Origin: Octopus sinensis
Taxonomy: Eukaryota
Length of the DNA: 64,000 nucleotides
Direction: 5' to 3'
Assembly (NCBI RefSeq): GCF_006345805.1
Contig: NC_043007.1
Location: 26,784,001 to 26,848,000, forward strand
Position 1 is the stretch's first letter, and every line of letters begins with the position of its first letter. Under the pieces are notes generated by a model. That model searched no databases. It had not been told where the DNA came from and worked only from the letters and a program-made list of their open reading frames with translations. Positions 52,526-64,000 of this stretch are shown piece by piece. The translations under genes were made by a program, and so were the position numbers.

Positions 52526-53519
52526 CAGAATTCTATTCCAGTGATATGTGCCCTTACTGAAATTTTCCCAAAAAAAAAAACTTTGGCTTTGAAGGACTCT
52601 CCTCAGGAGAGAGTATTCTCTACCAAAATAAGTAAAAATAACACCAGATACTGAATTGTTAACAAAATTGTTGATGAGTATTTTCAACAGTTTTTTTTTT
52701 TTTGCTCAAACTAGTTATTTTTTATAAATACATTCTTCTACGTTCTGAGATCGTGAGTTGGTATATAAATTGAGGCTTGTTCGACTTTTATCATTTCTCC
52801 ATTGTTCAGATATTTAATGATGAAGTTTTGGTGTCAGTCAAATCCTAAAACCCAGCTGAAATACCTGTCATCGTCGCTATGGTATATGAAACCCAAAACC
52901 ATTAACTCTGGCTTTTCCCGATGTCATTTCGCGATTTATACAAGTTAAAAGCAAGCAAGGACACTGACTAGCAAACCATATATTTCCCCGTATTTTCTTG
53001 TCAAATAAATGCCAGGACCGAATGTTATCTTGACATCAGAATGTAGGAGGACATAATTAAATATATATCAGGAAGCAATGAGTGTTGTTCTCTGCTAGAC
53101 CTACCATCTCGCTGTCATCCATTCTATATCATTACCGAGAAGAAAAATTGTCGAAGCAACATGTTTAAAGGTTTTCAAGTATGAAATATCGGTTTTATGC
53201 ATCCTCACTCTTCTATATCGATTGATATCGATATTGTATTTTTATGTGGTTTTCATCACCTGTCTCATCAGGTGGTCGTAGAGTCGAGGGGTCGGTGGGA
53301 GCTTCGAAGAAAAATTAGTACAAATCGATCACGTGCTAAGCGTGTGTAAACTGGCCCTTTGTCAAGTCGTGTCAAAATAGATTACGTAATATATTACATC
53401 ATTTCACTTCATCAGAATTTAACTACAAGTAACACCATAAAGGCACGAAGGCAACACACGGCCTTCCAAACGAAAACATATATTTATAAGTAAAAGCAAG
53501 AACAACACACACACACACG

Positions 53520-53557
<38 letters not shown>

Positions 53558-53673
53558 CTCTAAGAACAACATAGGTGCGTGTGTATAAAATCATACCTAC
53601 ATATAATTAAATGCTTGAGCATATGTGTAATCTATATGTTCATAGGCAAACATAATAAACAGGTATGTACAAA

Positions 53674-53729
<56 letters not shown>

Positions 53730-53864
53730 CCTATGTGTGTATATATATGTGTATATATATACGTATGTACATACATAAATGTTGATACACATATATATGT
53801 GTGTGTAAGTATGTATATATATTTACATATTTTCGTATATATATGTCTATATATATATACGCAT

Positions 53865-53896
<32 letters not shown>

Positions 53897-53936
53897 GCAT
53901 GCATATTTATATATATATACATATATGCATATTATA

Positions 53937-53977
<41 letters not shown>

Positions 53978-54986
53978 CGTACATATATCAAATTACACAG
54001 CCACTCACACATATTGACGCATGCGTATATACATGATGCATTGCATAAAAGGGAATCGATAAATGAAGAATGACAGAAGCGTCGCAACTCACACCAGCAG
54101 CCGATGCCACGCACAGATATTATACAATTGCAAGTCCACATTTTAATATATCGGGGAGAAAAGACCTACTTTTATTGCGGGGTGTTAAAACCGTTTCCCT
54201 ATTTAAAGACAAATCTTCGAATTTTATACATATTTATTTTATGTTTTATATTTTTTATCGTATTTTTTTCTTTTACGTTTTTAATTTCCTATCTCCAACA
54301 AGAAACACACTTTGGTAGTAAATCTGTAGAAAGAAAAAAAATGGCAAAAAAGAATGGTATGAGCTACCATTTATATTACATTGTTGCATTTTATTCTCTT
54401 ATGGGTTTTTTTTTTCAGTATTTTTGCTCTAATAATGGGAAATAATACATCACACAATTCTCTTTTTGACATCTGCATTCAGTTTCCAATATAGAAATAA
54501 AATAAAATAAATATCGAAACGTAAAAAAAAAGTAGATATTAATATAAAAAAACAATAGGGAAAACGTAAATTAATAGTGATCGTGTGTTGATACGTAGAA
54601 AATGTCGTTCGACCTTCGTTCGTGTTTGGTTATAGAGAGTAATATTATTATCATTTGATGGTGCTAACATCATGTAAAGTTGCAAGCGAATATGGCAGAA
54701 AGTATGGTGGTGCGATTGATGGAGGAGGGGAGGGGAGAACGAAAGTGTGGGTGGGTGTGTGGGGTGAAATGTCACAGCGACAAAAAAAGAGGAAAAGTTG
54801 AAAGGGAAATAAAATAAAATAAAATAAAATAAAATAAAATAAAATAAAATCAATTATAAAAAAAATAACAAGATTGAGAGGAACGTTTCGTAAAGAAGAA
54901 GACAAAAAGGAAAAACAAACGTGAAATACGAGATCTATGTATTTATATTTATTACTAATTTCAATAAGAATATTGGATTCTGTTAA

Positions 54987-55035
<49 letters not shown>

Positions 55036-55983
55036 CATAAGTATATAAAAGAATGAAAGAGACCTCGATATTATGTATATATATATATAATATAATATAA
55101 TATAATATAATATATACATACATATATATATATATAGAGATACAAATGTATATATATATATCGATATAGATAGATACACACACATATATATACATATACA
55201 TACATATATATATGTATATATATACCTACAAACACAGACATACAGAGATATACATACGCACACAAATACACACATACACACAAACATATAAGTAGGTGTG
55301 GGGGATGTATAAATATACACACGCAACACTCTTATGTTGATGCGGCGAATCTATGTATGAATGCACGTAATATATGTATGCGTGTATGTTATAGTCACAC
55401 ACGTACAGGTATGTATAATGTATATATATTATATATATATATATAATATATATATATATATATTCGTTTACATCTATATATAAATATATGTGTGCGTGTG
55501 TGGCTGTGTATTCATACACAAACAAACGCAAAGCCAAAAGAAAAAACACACAAAAGAAAAAATTAAGGCCGCTCACGATAAAATAATAATATCCATGAAT
55601 TACAGGGGAGTATCAAGGTCAGGGCAATTTCTGTACTGAAATAATGCCAGATAAAAATATATACAAACGAACTTCACAAGCACACACAGATAGCGACACA
55701 ATACATACACACACACACACACAAACACACACGCGCGCGTACACGCACGTACAATCACACAGAAATTACGTGATGTATTATAGGCATTTTTGTGTGGGCA
55801 GTGCTTTTATGTTTTGTCTGTTTGTATGTGTGTCTGTGTGGGTGTTCAGTGAAATATATGATGTTTGTTCTCTCAAATGTGCTGGCTCATCTTTTTCGCC
55901 ATAACTATGTGTAGAATGGCTGTTATTCTGTCGCTTTTTGTTTCCTATATCTTTCTCTGTCTCTGTTGCTCCTCCTGTGTGTT

Positions 55984-56027
<44 letters not shown>

Positions 56028-56227
56028 TGTGTGTATGTGTGTTTGCGGTCGAGGGATTATATGCCCCTTTATTGGACTATTTTCCGTAGCCATTGCACGG
56101 TGATCGCCATAATCTTCAAGCTTATATAAATTGCCATTATTATTATTTCCAAAATTGTCAAAACGGCGCCGTATAAAAAAGCTATAGCGCACCGAAAGCA
56201 TATATATATATATATATATATACTATT

Positions 56228-56438
56228 TTACTATTTTACTTGTTTCAGTCATTTGACTGTGGCCATGGTGGAGCACCGCCTTTAGTCGAGCAAATCGACC
56301 CCAGGACTTATACTTTGTAAGCCTAGTACTTATTCTATTGTGTGTTACGGGGACGTAAACACACCATCATCGGTTGTCAAGCGATGTTGTGGGGACAAAC
56401 ACAGGCATACAAACATATACACACAGACACACACACAC

Positions 56439-56480
<42 letters not shown>

Positions 56481-56598
56481 GACCGGCTACTTTTAGTTTC
56501 CGTCTACCAAATCCATTTACATGGCTTTTGTCGGCCCGAGGCTACTGTAGAAGACACCTGCCGAAGATGCCACGCAGTGGGACTGAACCAGGAACCAT
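56228..56598 (-). mobile_element. SINE family B
   Basis: TTTTACTTGTTTCAGTCATTTGACTGTGGCCATGG..GATGCCACGCAGTGGGACTGAACC. Confidence 0.88.
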
Positions 56599-57726
56599 AG
56601 CTCTGCATTCATGTATACGTATGCGAGTGAGTGTCTTCATCTGACTGCATGTATAAGTTCGTAAATTTACTAAATCCTTTTGGGGGGGGGGGGTTTCTTT
56701 GGCGTGGTGGGGTTGAATTTTGTGGGGTTTTTGTGGGGTTTACGTTACAAGGTCGTTAGACCACTGAAAACGTAAGAGTTACTAAAATAAAATGGATGTT
56801 AGACAGAAGACAATAGGTGATGATGTACATTAGACTGAGAAAGGCTGGATATCATATTGAAGAGCGGAAACAAGACTGTGGAATTGTCTGCTAAGAGAGG
56901 CAAGTAACAAGTAGCTCCCGCTTCATATTTTTGGATCAAAAATAACTGTACTAAGGGAAAATATTGTCAAACCAGTATCCTGGTCTGATGCTTCAAAGAA
57001 CTGAACTGGATTAGAGGAATTCTCAGAGAAGTAAAATTTGATAAAAGATCGTGTTTAGCATTGAAGAACAGGAACGACCCCTAGTAAGAACTAGCATTCA
57101 GTCTCCGACAATTAAATTTCAATTTGGTCGATAAAGGGATTTAAAAACTTTGATTGCAATATCGGAGAGAAGGATTGAACCCGTAGCCATGAAGTAGCGG
57201 ATCGAACTACATAACTGGCAGAGTCTTTAGCAGACCAACCGAAATACTTCGCAAACCTTCGTCCGACTTTGGGTTCGAATTGCGCCGAGATTCACATTAC
57301 CTTCTAATCCTTAACGGCGGTGATTCAGCATGGCCGCAGCTCTGGGCTGAAACTAGAGTAAAAAAAAAATAACTTCGCAGTCATGACTGCGTATATCTAA
57401 CGATGGTTAAAGAGCCGGTATTGATTTCTCACACAAGCAAATAGCCTCCGATTGAAAGTGAATATATATTAAAAGCAAAAATGAGATAACGTGACGCTCA
57501 TGACTTTTCACACGGCTATAAATACCATAGTTATCTCCCTTTATGTTCTCAGTTCAAAGTGGGCTTTTTTTTCATTTTGTCTTTCATCCTTCTGTTGAAA
57601 AAGGAAAATAATAATAATAATAATAAAAAATACCAGTTAATTTCTTGTTTCATTTAATTGACTGTTTCCCTACATAAGAGAAAATGTGGGATTCGTTTAT
57701 GTCAGAAATCAGCATCACCTACAGGA

Positions 57727-57794
<68 letters not shown>

Positions 57795-58463
57795 TGCATT
57801 ATAGTTTGTTTTAAAGGCGATGCATTGGCAGAACCTGTACAGCGTAGTAAAAAATTATTTTCAGCATTCACTCTGGCCTCTTTTATACTCCAAGCCTCAA
57901 ATCCGCCGCTCTCAGCACCCCCTCCCTTTCAAGCTTTCAGGGATGATAAAAGAAGTACCATTAGAACACGGGATTTGAAGGTCTCGTCTAGAGCGCGACG
58001 GTGATAGATTAAAGTACCCTGCTAGTTCCAGGTTCGATGAAGTCGATTAAACTCGACATCGTACACAGCATCTGCCTATTTCCAGATTATTGCCGTGTTT
58101 TTTTTTTTTCCAGGAGAAAAATAAATTTATTCTTAAAGTTATTTCGCTCACTCGTTCGGAGATAGTTCCAATTGTCTCCAGGCGTTAATTTTATATTCTA
58201 CACAGCAGAACATAATTTCGATAATGAAACATTATATTTTGTACGGTACAAAATATAATTTTCTTCATGTTTGGTTTTCAACTTTAAACCATAGTTTCTT
58301 TATCTGAGGTCATCCGATACATATACATACATTCATATATACATATATACATACATACATGGTTGTTTTGCGAAATTTTTCCTGAGAACATTCCTTATTG
58401 GTAAGACCATAGCGAATCTCTTTCTAGCATAAGGGTGGTTTCCCTTATAGTGGTTTCCCTCTA

Positions 58464-58508
<45 letters not shown>

Positions 58509-58690
58509 CATGTATACTTAAAAGTGAAAATAAGTAAAACAGTTTTCAAATTCAAAATGTGATGCTGTTAATATCATCTGCATTTCCACGCGGGGCCGTA
58601 AGGTCTTTGTGAGAAACCTGTTCCTTCCTTACAGGAAGACATCAATGAATGATTACAAAACATAACATATATACATACAAGTATATATAC

Positions 58691-58741
<51 letters not shown>

Positions 58742-59037
58742 AATCTACATACCAACGTCTTTTCAGCCATATTTGCTCTCTCTTACGATCTCATTGTCTT
58801 ATGGTTTCATAAGAATTCTTTATAACTTGCTTTGCTTTTATATCATACCACAATCCGATTTTGGTAAATAGAAATTTCACGTTACCTCAGTTTCTCTCTT
58901 TCCAATTTTCTATTAAATCGTAGAATTTCTTATACATCGTTTGTCTTTAATGTCGCTATTGTTCCAATCTCGGAATATTGAGCATAAATTCTCAAAGTTT
59001 AGCTTCGCTGATTCCATCTCACCTGGAGACTACGCAT

Positions 59038-59079
<42 letters not shown>

Positions 59080-59495
59080 TTATATATTTCAATATATATA
59101 TATATTGAAATAAAATAATACATATATCTATAATACATAGACAGACCCAAATATTGCTATAAAATAATATGTATATGTGAGTGCCTTTCACGTATATATA
59201 CATATGTATATACGCGCGCGCACACACACACAAACCACACACACACACACACCACCACACACACACACACGCATACACACACACACATATATATATATAT
59301 ATACATATATAGAAAACTAATTATATGTCTATGTATATAAGTAGTATATATGTGTGTGTGTGTGCGTGTGTGCGTGTGTACGTGTGTGTGTGTACATTAG
59401 CATAGAGAATGAAATAAAATATTATTGAATGGTATTATGTGTGGGGAAAACATCGGCATAAGAACGATAAATACAAGAGTGGAATAGTTCGAAGC

Positions 59496-59596
59496 GTGAC
59501 GTCACTTCAGCCATTGCTACAAGAAGTTGAAAGACGACCGTTACACATTGAGTATATAAAGCTGATGAACAGAGGAAGTTTTGTCATTCAACATGG
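59496..59596 (+). promoter_or_regulatory. Candidate Pol II core promoter: CRE palindrome, TATA box, initiator
   Basis: GTGACGTCAC 59496-505, TATATAAAG 59553-561 and TCATTC 59584-589 (A at 59586, 31 nt after the TATAAA start). CAACATGG at 59589-596. Confidence 0.45.
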
Positions 59597-60235
59597 CTTC
59601 TGTTTTCGTTGGTCACTTTTTCTCTCGTTCTCTGCTGTTGGTGAAGAACTACTTCCGAGACAATACCTGATTAAGACATTCTCTTTTTACTTCTACGAGC
59701 ATTGCATTTATTTTGCTTCTATGAGCATGGATTCGATTTCCTTGACTAAAAGGCGGTGCTCCAGCTTGGCCGCAGTAACACGGCTGAAACAAAAAGATTA
59801 AAAGAAAAAAGAATATATATACATATAAAAACAAAGGTAAACAGGACGAAGTGTAGAAAATTAAGGAAAGTGCAAGGAAATTAGTGATTGACCACTAGGG
59901 GGCATAAAAACTTGGCATTTTCTGACTCTGCATTGAAATTGTCTGTTCTGAGGTCAGAGAGGTCCGACGGAAAAGTTGGCAGCTCTTAAGAAAGTAATGA
60001 AAAATGAATGCTAACAGATTTTCTTTCAATTTAAATGGTTAAACCACTATTAAGTGAAAGTAGTTGCAAATATGTGTGACTCTGTGTGTATGCTTGCAGC
60101 ACGAACACACTCACGCAGGCACACACACACACACACACATACATACAAACACTGGCACACATATATATATATATAATATATATATATATATATTATACAC
60201 ACACACATACAGGAATATATGCATATATATATTTG

Positions 60236-60335
<100 letters not shown>

Positions 60336-60517
60336 TAATACATATGGCTTCTGATATTTTTAATCACCAGAATTTACTGAAATGACTGAAGAACCAAGAT
60401 TTTGGTGCAGGCCATTTACGAATCTGATTTAAAACATGAGAGCTCTTTGATTTTTAAGAATGAATTACGCGTCTTTCTGGAATGTTCTATATACGCATGT
60501 GTGCGTACATAATACTT

Positions 60518-60581
<64 letters not shown>

Positions 60582-60665
60582 TTCGTACGCACAAATAGTT
60601 GTGTGTATGCTTGTGTTTGTTTGCGTGTGTGTGTTTGTGTGTCTTTGTGTATGTGTTTGTGTGTG

Positions 60666-60720
<55 letters not shown>

Positions 60721-60802
60721 GTGTGTGTAAGTATGCGTGCGTGCGTGGATTTCTTTATGAAACGCTTTATATTCGAATTACAATATCTTTTCGAGGAAGA
60801 CA

Positions 60803-61015
60803 GCGTCGAGCTGGCAGAAACGTTAAGCAGGCCGGGCGAAATGCTGGGCGTTATTTCGTCTGTCTTTACGTTCTTCAAGTTCTGCCGAGGCCGACTTTGC
60901 ATTTTATCCCTTCGGAGTCGATAAATTAAGTACGAGTTGCGTACTGGGGCCGATGCAATGGACTGGACCCCTCCCCCAAAACTTCGGGCCTAGTGCCCAA
61001 CGTAGAAAAGAATAT
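60803..61015 (+). mobile_element. SINE family C with the alternative CCCCTCCCCC-type tail
   Basis: GAGCTGGCAGAAACGTTAAGC..GCCGAGGCCGACTTTGC..GGACCCCTCCCCCAAAACTTCGGGCCTAGTGCC. Confidence 0.8.
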
Positions 61016-61372
61016 CTTCTCAGTGAGGCCGTATATGCTTGCTGTCTATAATTTCTACACTGATTCAAGCATCATAACAGTTCTGTTTACTCTCAATTTC
61101 AAACATTTTAGCAGACCCACAAGGGTCCTGTATCCCTATTCCTATCAGTGGTCCCTATGCTGTTCAACTGTTCGTCCAAGATGGTGTCCCAATCGCCCTC
61201 TAACACTCAAGATCACATTGTTCCTCGTAAAAAAGCTCAGACTCCAGAAGACGACTGCCTGTCCTTTCTACGCTGCTATTAACAGAGTGTTGAACTTGCT
61301 ATAGATGATGTTGGTTTAGCCACTTTTTCCTAAGTCCTTTGCTTTTCCTTTCAGCTAATATTGGCGTTGAAC

Positions 61373-61600
61373 CTTGTTGTTGTTGTTGTTGCTATTGTTG
61401 TTGTTCTTATTATTGTTGCTGCTGCAGCGATGTTGTCAGCACTATTCAGCCGCTCCTTTCCTCTTTCACTATTTACATTGTTTTTGAAGAAGGCTCTGAG
61501 ATGGTCAACTCTTTCAAATATTGGCCTTTCAGTCGTTTGTTCTCCACAGTTCTTCTCAGTTCCGCCCCATTCTGCAGAAAGATTAGCTCTGGTATCCTTT
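61373..61600 (-). mobile_element. Probable LINE 3' end with (AAC)n tail, copy 1
   Basis: Roughly 70% similar by eye over ~150 bp to 63577-63740. Both run directly into (AAC)n on the minus strand. Confidence 0.5.
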
Positions 61601-62243
61601 CCAGATATCCCGGTTTTACATGGAGCAGCACTAATGGTGAGACTTGGCATATCTGGTTCTTTCAAGTATAATTACAGTACAACTAATAGAGATTCCGTAC
61701 CTTCTATCCATCGAAATTCACGAGCAAGTCCTGGGTCCTTGGAAGCCACGTTGAAAAACTAACAATACGCATGTCCATATACAACACAAGTTGTCGAAAC
61801 CGCGACCTCATGACTGCGAGGCGATTTTCTAAACTATCCAGCAACTTGCCATACATACTCCAAAGTAAATAGCAACAAGAGCACTCAGAGAACGCAAACC
61901 TCTGCCAAGGCAACACCAACATCCTCTCAACGATTAGCCAGGGATGAGCTTCAAAATGAGAATATCTGAAATAAACTCGATTGCTCTCACAAACGAGAAT
62001 ACTAAAAATAAACCCGACCACTTGCAAAAGTTAAGTAAAAAAACAGGAAAAATAAACCAGGATACTTGTCCGGCACCGGACCGATCTCAAAATCTAATCG
62101 GTTTTTGCCAATCACGAGGCCAACTATCTCTGAAAGTTTCATCGGAATCCGTCCAGCAGTTCTTGAGATATCTTGTCAACAGACAAACAAACACGACTGA
62201 AAACAATACCTCCGTCTTAGCGAAGGCGCAGGTAATTAGAGAA

Positions 62244-62277
<34 letters not shown>

Positions 62278-63504
62278 AAAGAATTACAGACTGAAATAGA
62301 GAGATAGTGATAGAGAGCAGAGATAGTGAGAGAGAGATAGAACAGAGATAGTGAGTGAGTGAGAGAGTGAGAGATATTAAAAGCTACTTAAAGTGTATAT
62401 GACTAATTGTTGAAAGTTTGTCGACCTGTTTGCTTTGCTGATCTCTTACATGACTATACTGATCCTCTTTTCTCTTCTATTCTCTAGGTATGTAATCGTT
62501 TCCACTGTTTCCGTGCGAAGACAGCTCAAAGACTGTATGTAAGATTTACAAATTTACTTTTTCTTCTTTTCATATAAACTCTATGACATAAGATCTGTAA
62601 TCTCTCTTAATCCCAAGTAATCTCTCGCAAGATCATCTTCAGATATTCACGAAACAACTTTATTTACTTCGGTTAAACCGGTTAAACGTAAGGAGAAGAT
62701 AAACTTACAAGTTTTAGCTCCTCACGTTTCGAGTTCAAATGAAACTGAGTTGAACTTTGACATTTATCTTTTCTGAGTCGAGCGCTATAATAATTGCCAA
62801 ACTAGCAATGAAGAATCTTCAGCACGCCCGATAAACAGCTAAACGGCATTCCTTCCGACTCTTTACATTTAGAGTTCGAATCCTGCCTAGATCAGCATTA
62901 TCGCGTATCCCTCCGGGGGAAAAATACTGCGTCCATTATTTTCGACTTGTCCACTTCCCTCAAATGTTGCTGACCTTAAACCCTGCAATGATCTGATGGC
63001 TGTTCAGAGAAATTTTGTGATCTCTGTCACTTAAATGGCATTGAAGAATGGTAATCGAATTTGGACACGAGGAAATTAAATCAAAAACAATTATTGTATC
63101 GTTTATGAATTTATTTTTTGTAAAATTCCTGATGTGAAATCGTGTCTTGAAACATTGTTATACTTCGAGACGGTCATTTCTTTTTTTTTTTTCATTTCTG
63201 CCAAATAAACACACGCACTATCCATTTGTTCTTCACTCGTTTATTATCGTTCATATTTTATCTTATATCCACTGTCTACCAAGAACGATTATATAGTGCG
63301 TGTGTTTATTTGGTAAGTAAAAGATGGGACCATAGCAAAATAATTGTAACGGTCTTCTTTAACCTTCTATTTGTGGTTATGTAGTAAATCATTACGAGAT
63401 AGGAGTTTGGTCAAATTATTACAACTGTGTTCGTATTAGTTCCCTAAGGACCGAATTCAAATCAAAAGATTTCGCTTTCGACACAAAAATGAACGCTATC
63501 AGAT

Positions 63505-63745
63505 TGTTGTTATTGTTGTAGTTGTTGTCGTCGAATTCGTTTTCATCGTCGTTGGTGTTGTTGTTGTTGTTGTTTTTGCAGCGATTATGTCAGCAGTAGT
63601 CAGGCTCTTCTTTCCTATTTGCTATTTTCATTGTGTTGGCAGAACGGTCTGGGATGGCCGACCGTTCCACAACCGTGGCTTTCCGACCGTCTGCCCTCCA
63701 CAATTCCTCTTAGTTGCGCTCCGTTGCAGTATCAGTTCGTATTCT
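63505..63745 (-). mobile_element. Probable LINE 3' end with (AAC)n tail, copy 2
   Basis: Minus-strand frame reads RN*EELWRADGRKATVVERSAIPDRSANTMKIANRKEEPDYC*, then ~15 nt, then (AAC)n. Confidence 0.5.
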
Positions 63746-64000
63746 TTACGTTCTGGTTTCAAAATCCTCATTCCAGGCTTAATACTCGAGCACACGGCCC
63801 CTCGTTCACCTCGCAAATCCTCATTAAATCAATGGCATAGAAAAGCCGGAAACATTTTAGAGGGGTCTCATACTGAAACGCATTGAAAACTGCTGAAAAT
63901 TAGCAAAGGAAGAATCATATTCACAACAAATAACTGAAATAGATATGACAGATATGTGGGGGCCACAGAGGTATAGTTTCAAATTGTAATGGAAACCCTA

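Noticed and set aside
59439-59801. 120-aa ORF as a protein-coding gene
   Set aside because: It has no recognisable domain, runs through the promoter-like motifs and ends inside a family B SINE tail fragment.

Overview
This is a very AT-rich, microsatellite-dense animal genomic window, with one 100-N scaffold gap at 25404-25503. The repeat repertoire suggests an octopod cephalopod (inference; no database search was run). I see no credible host protein-coding exon, and almost every entry in the ORF track is a translation of (TA)n, (CA)n, (TAGA)n or triplet repeats. The window is dominated by three families of tRNA-headed SINEs, labelled A, B and C here, often nested, tandem or inverted. Five things stand out. 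(1) A ~5.1-kb fold-back at 2948-8035 (two ~2.2-kb inverted arms, 668-bp spacer), built from the 3' half of a Penelope-like (Neptune-type) retroelement with a recognisable GIY-YIG endonuclease. Frameshifts in one arm are repaired by the other. (2) Several hammerhead-ribozyme motifs: one canonical-core copy with an unusually long stem II (12555-12656), and a ~180-bp family carrying a minimal hammerhead next to (TA)n. (3) A CRE-TATA-Inr promoter-like cassette at 59496-59596. (4) One SINE head joined to three different tails. (5) Decayed LINE fragments: an R4/Dong-like RT and two related 3' ends with (AAC)n tails.
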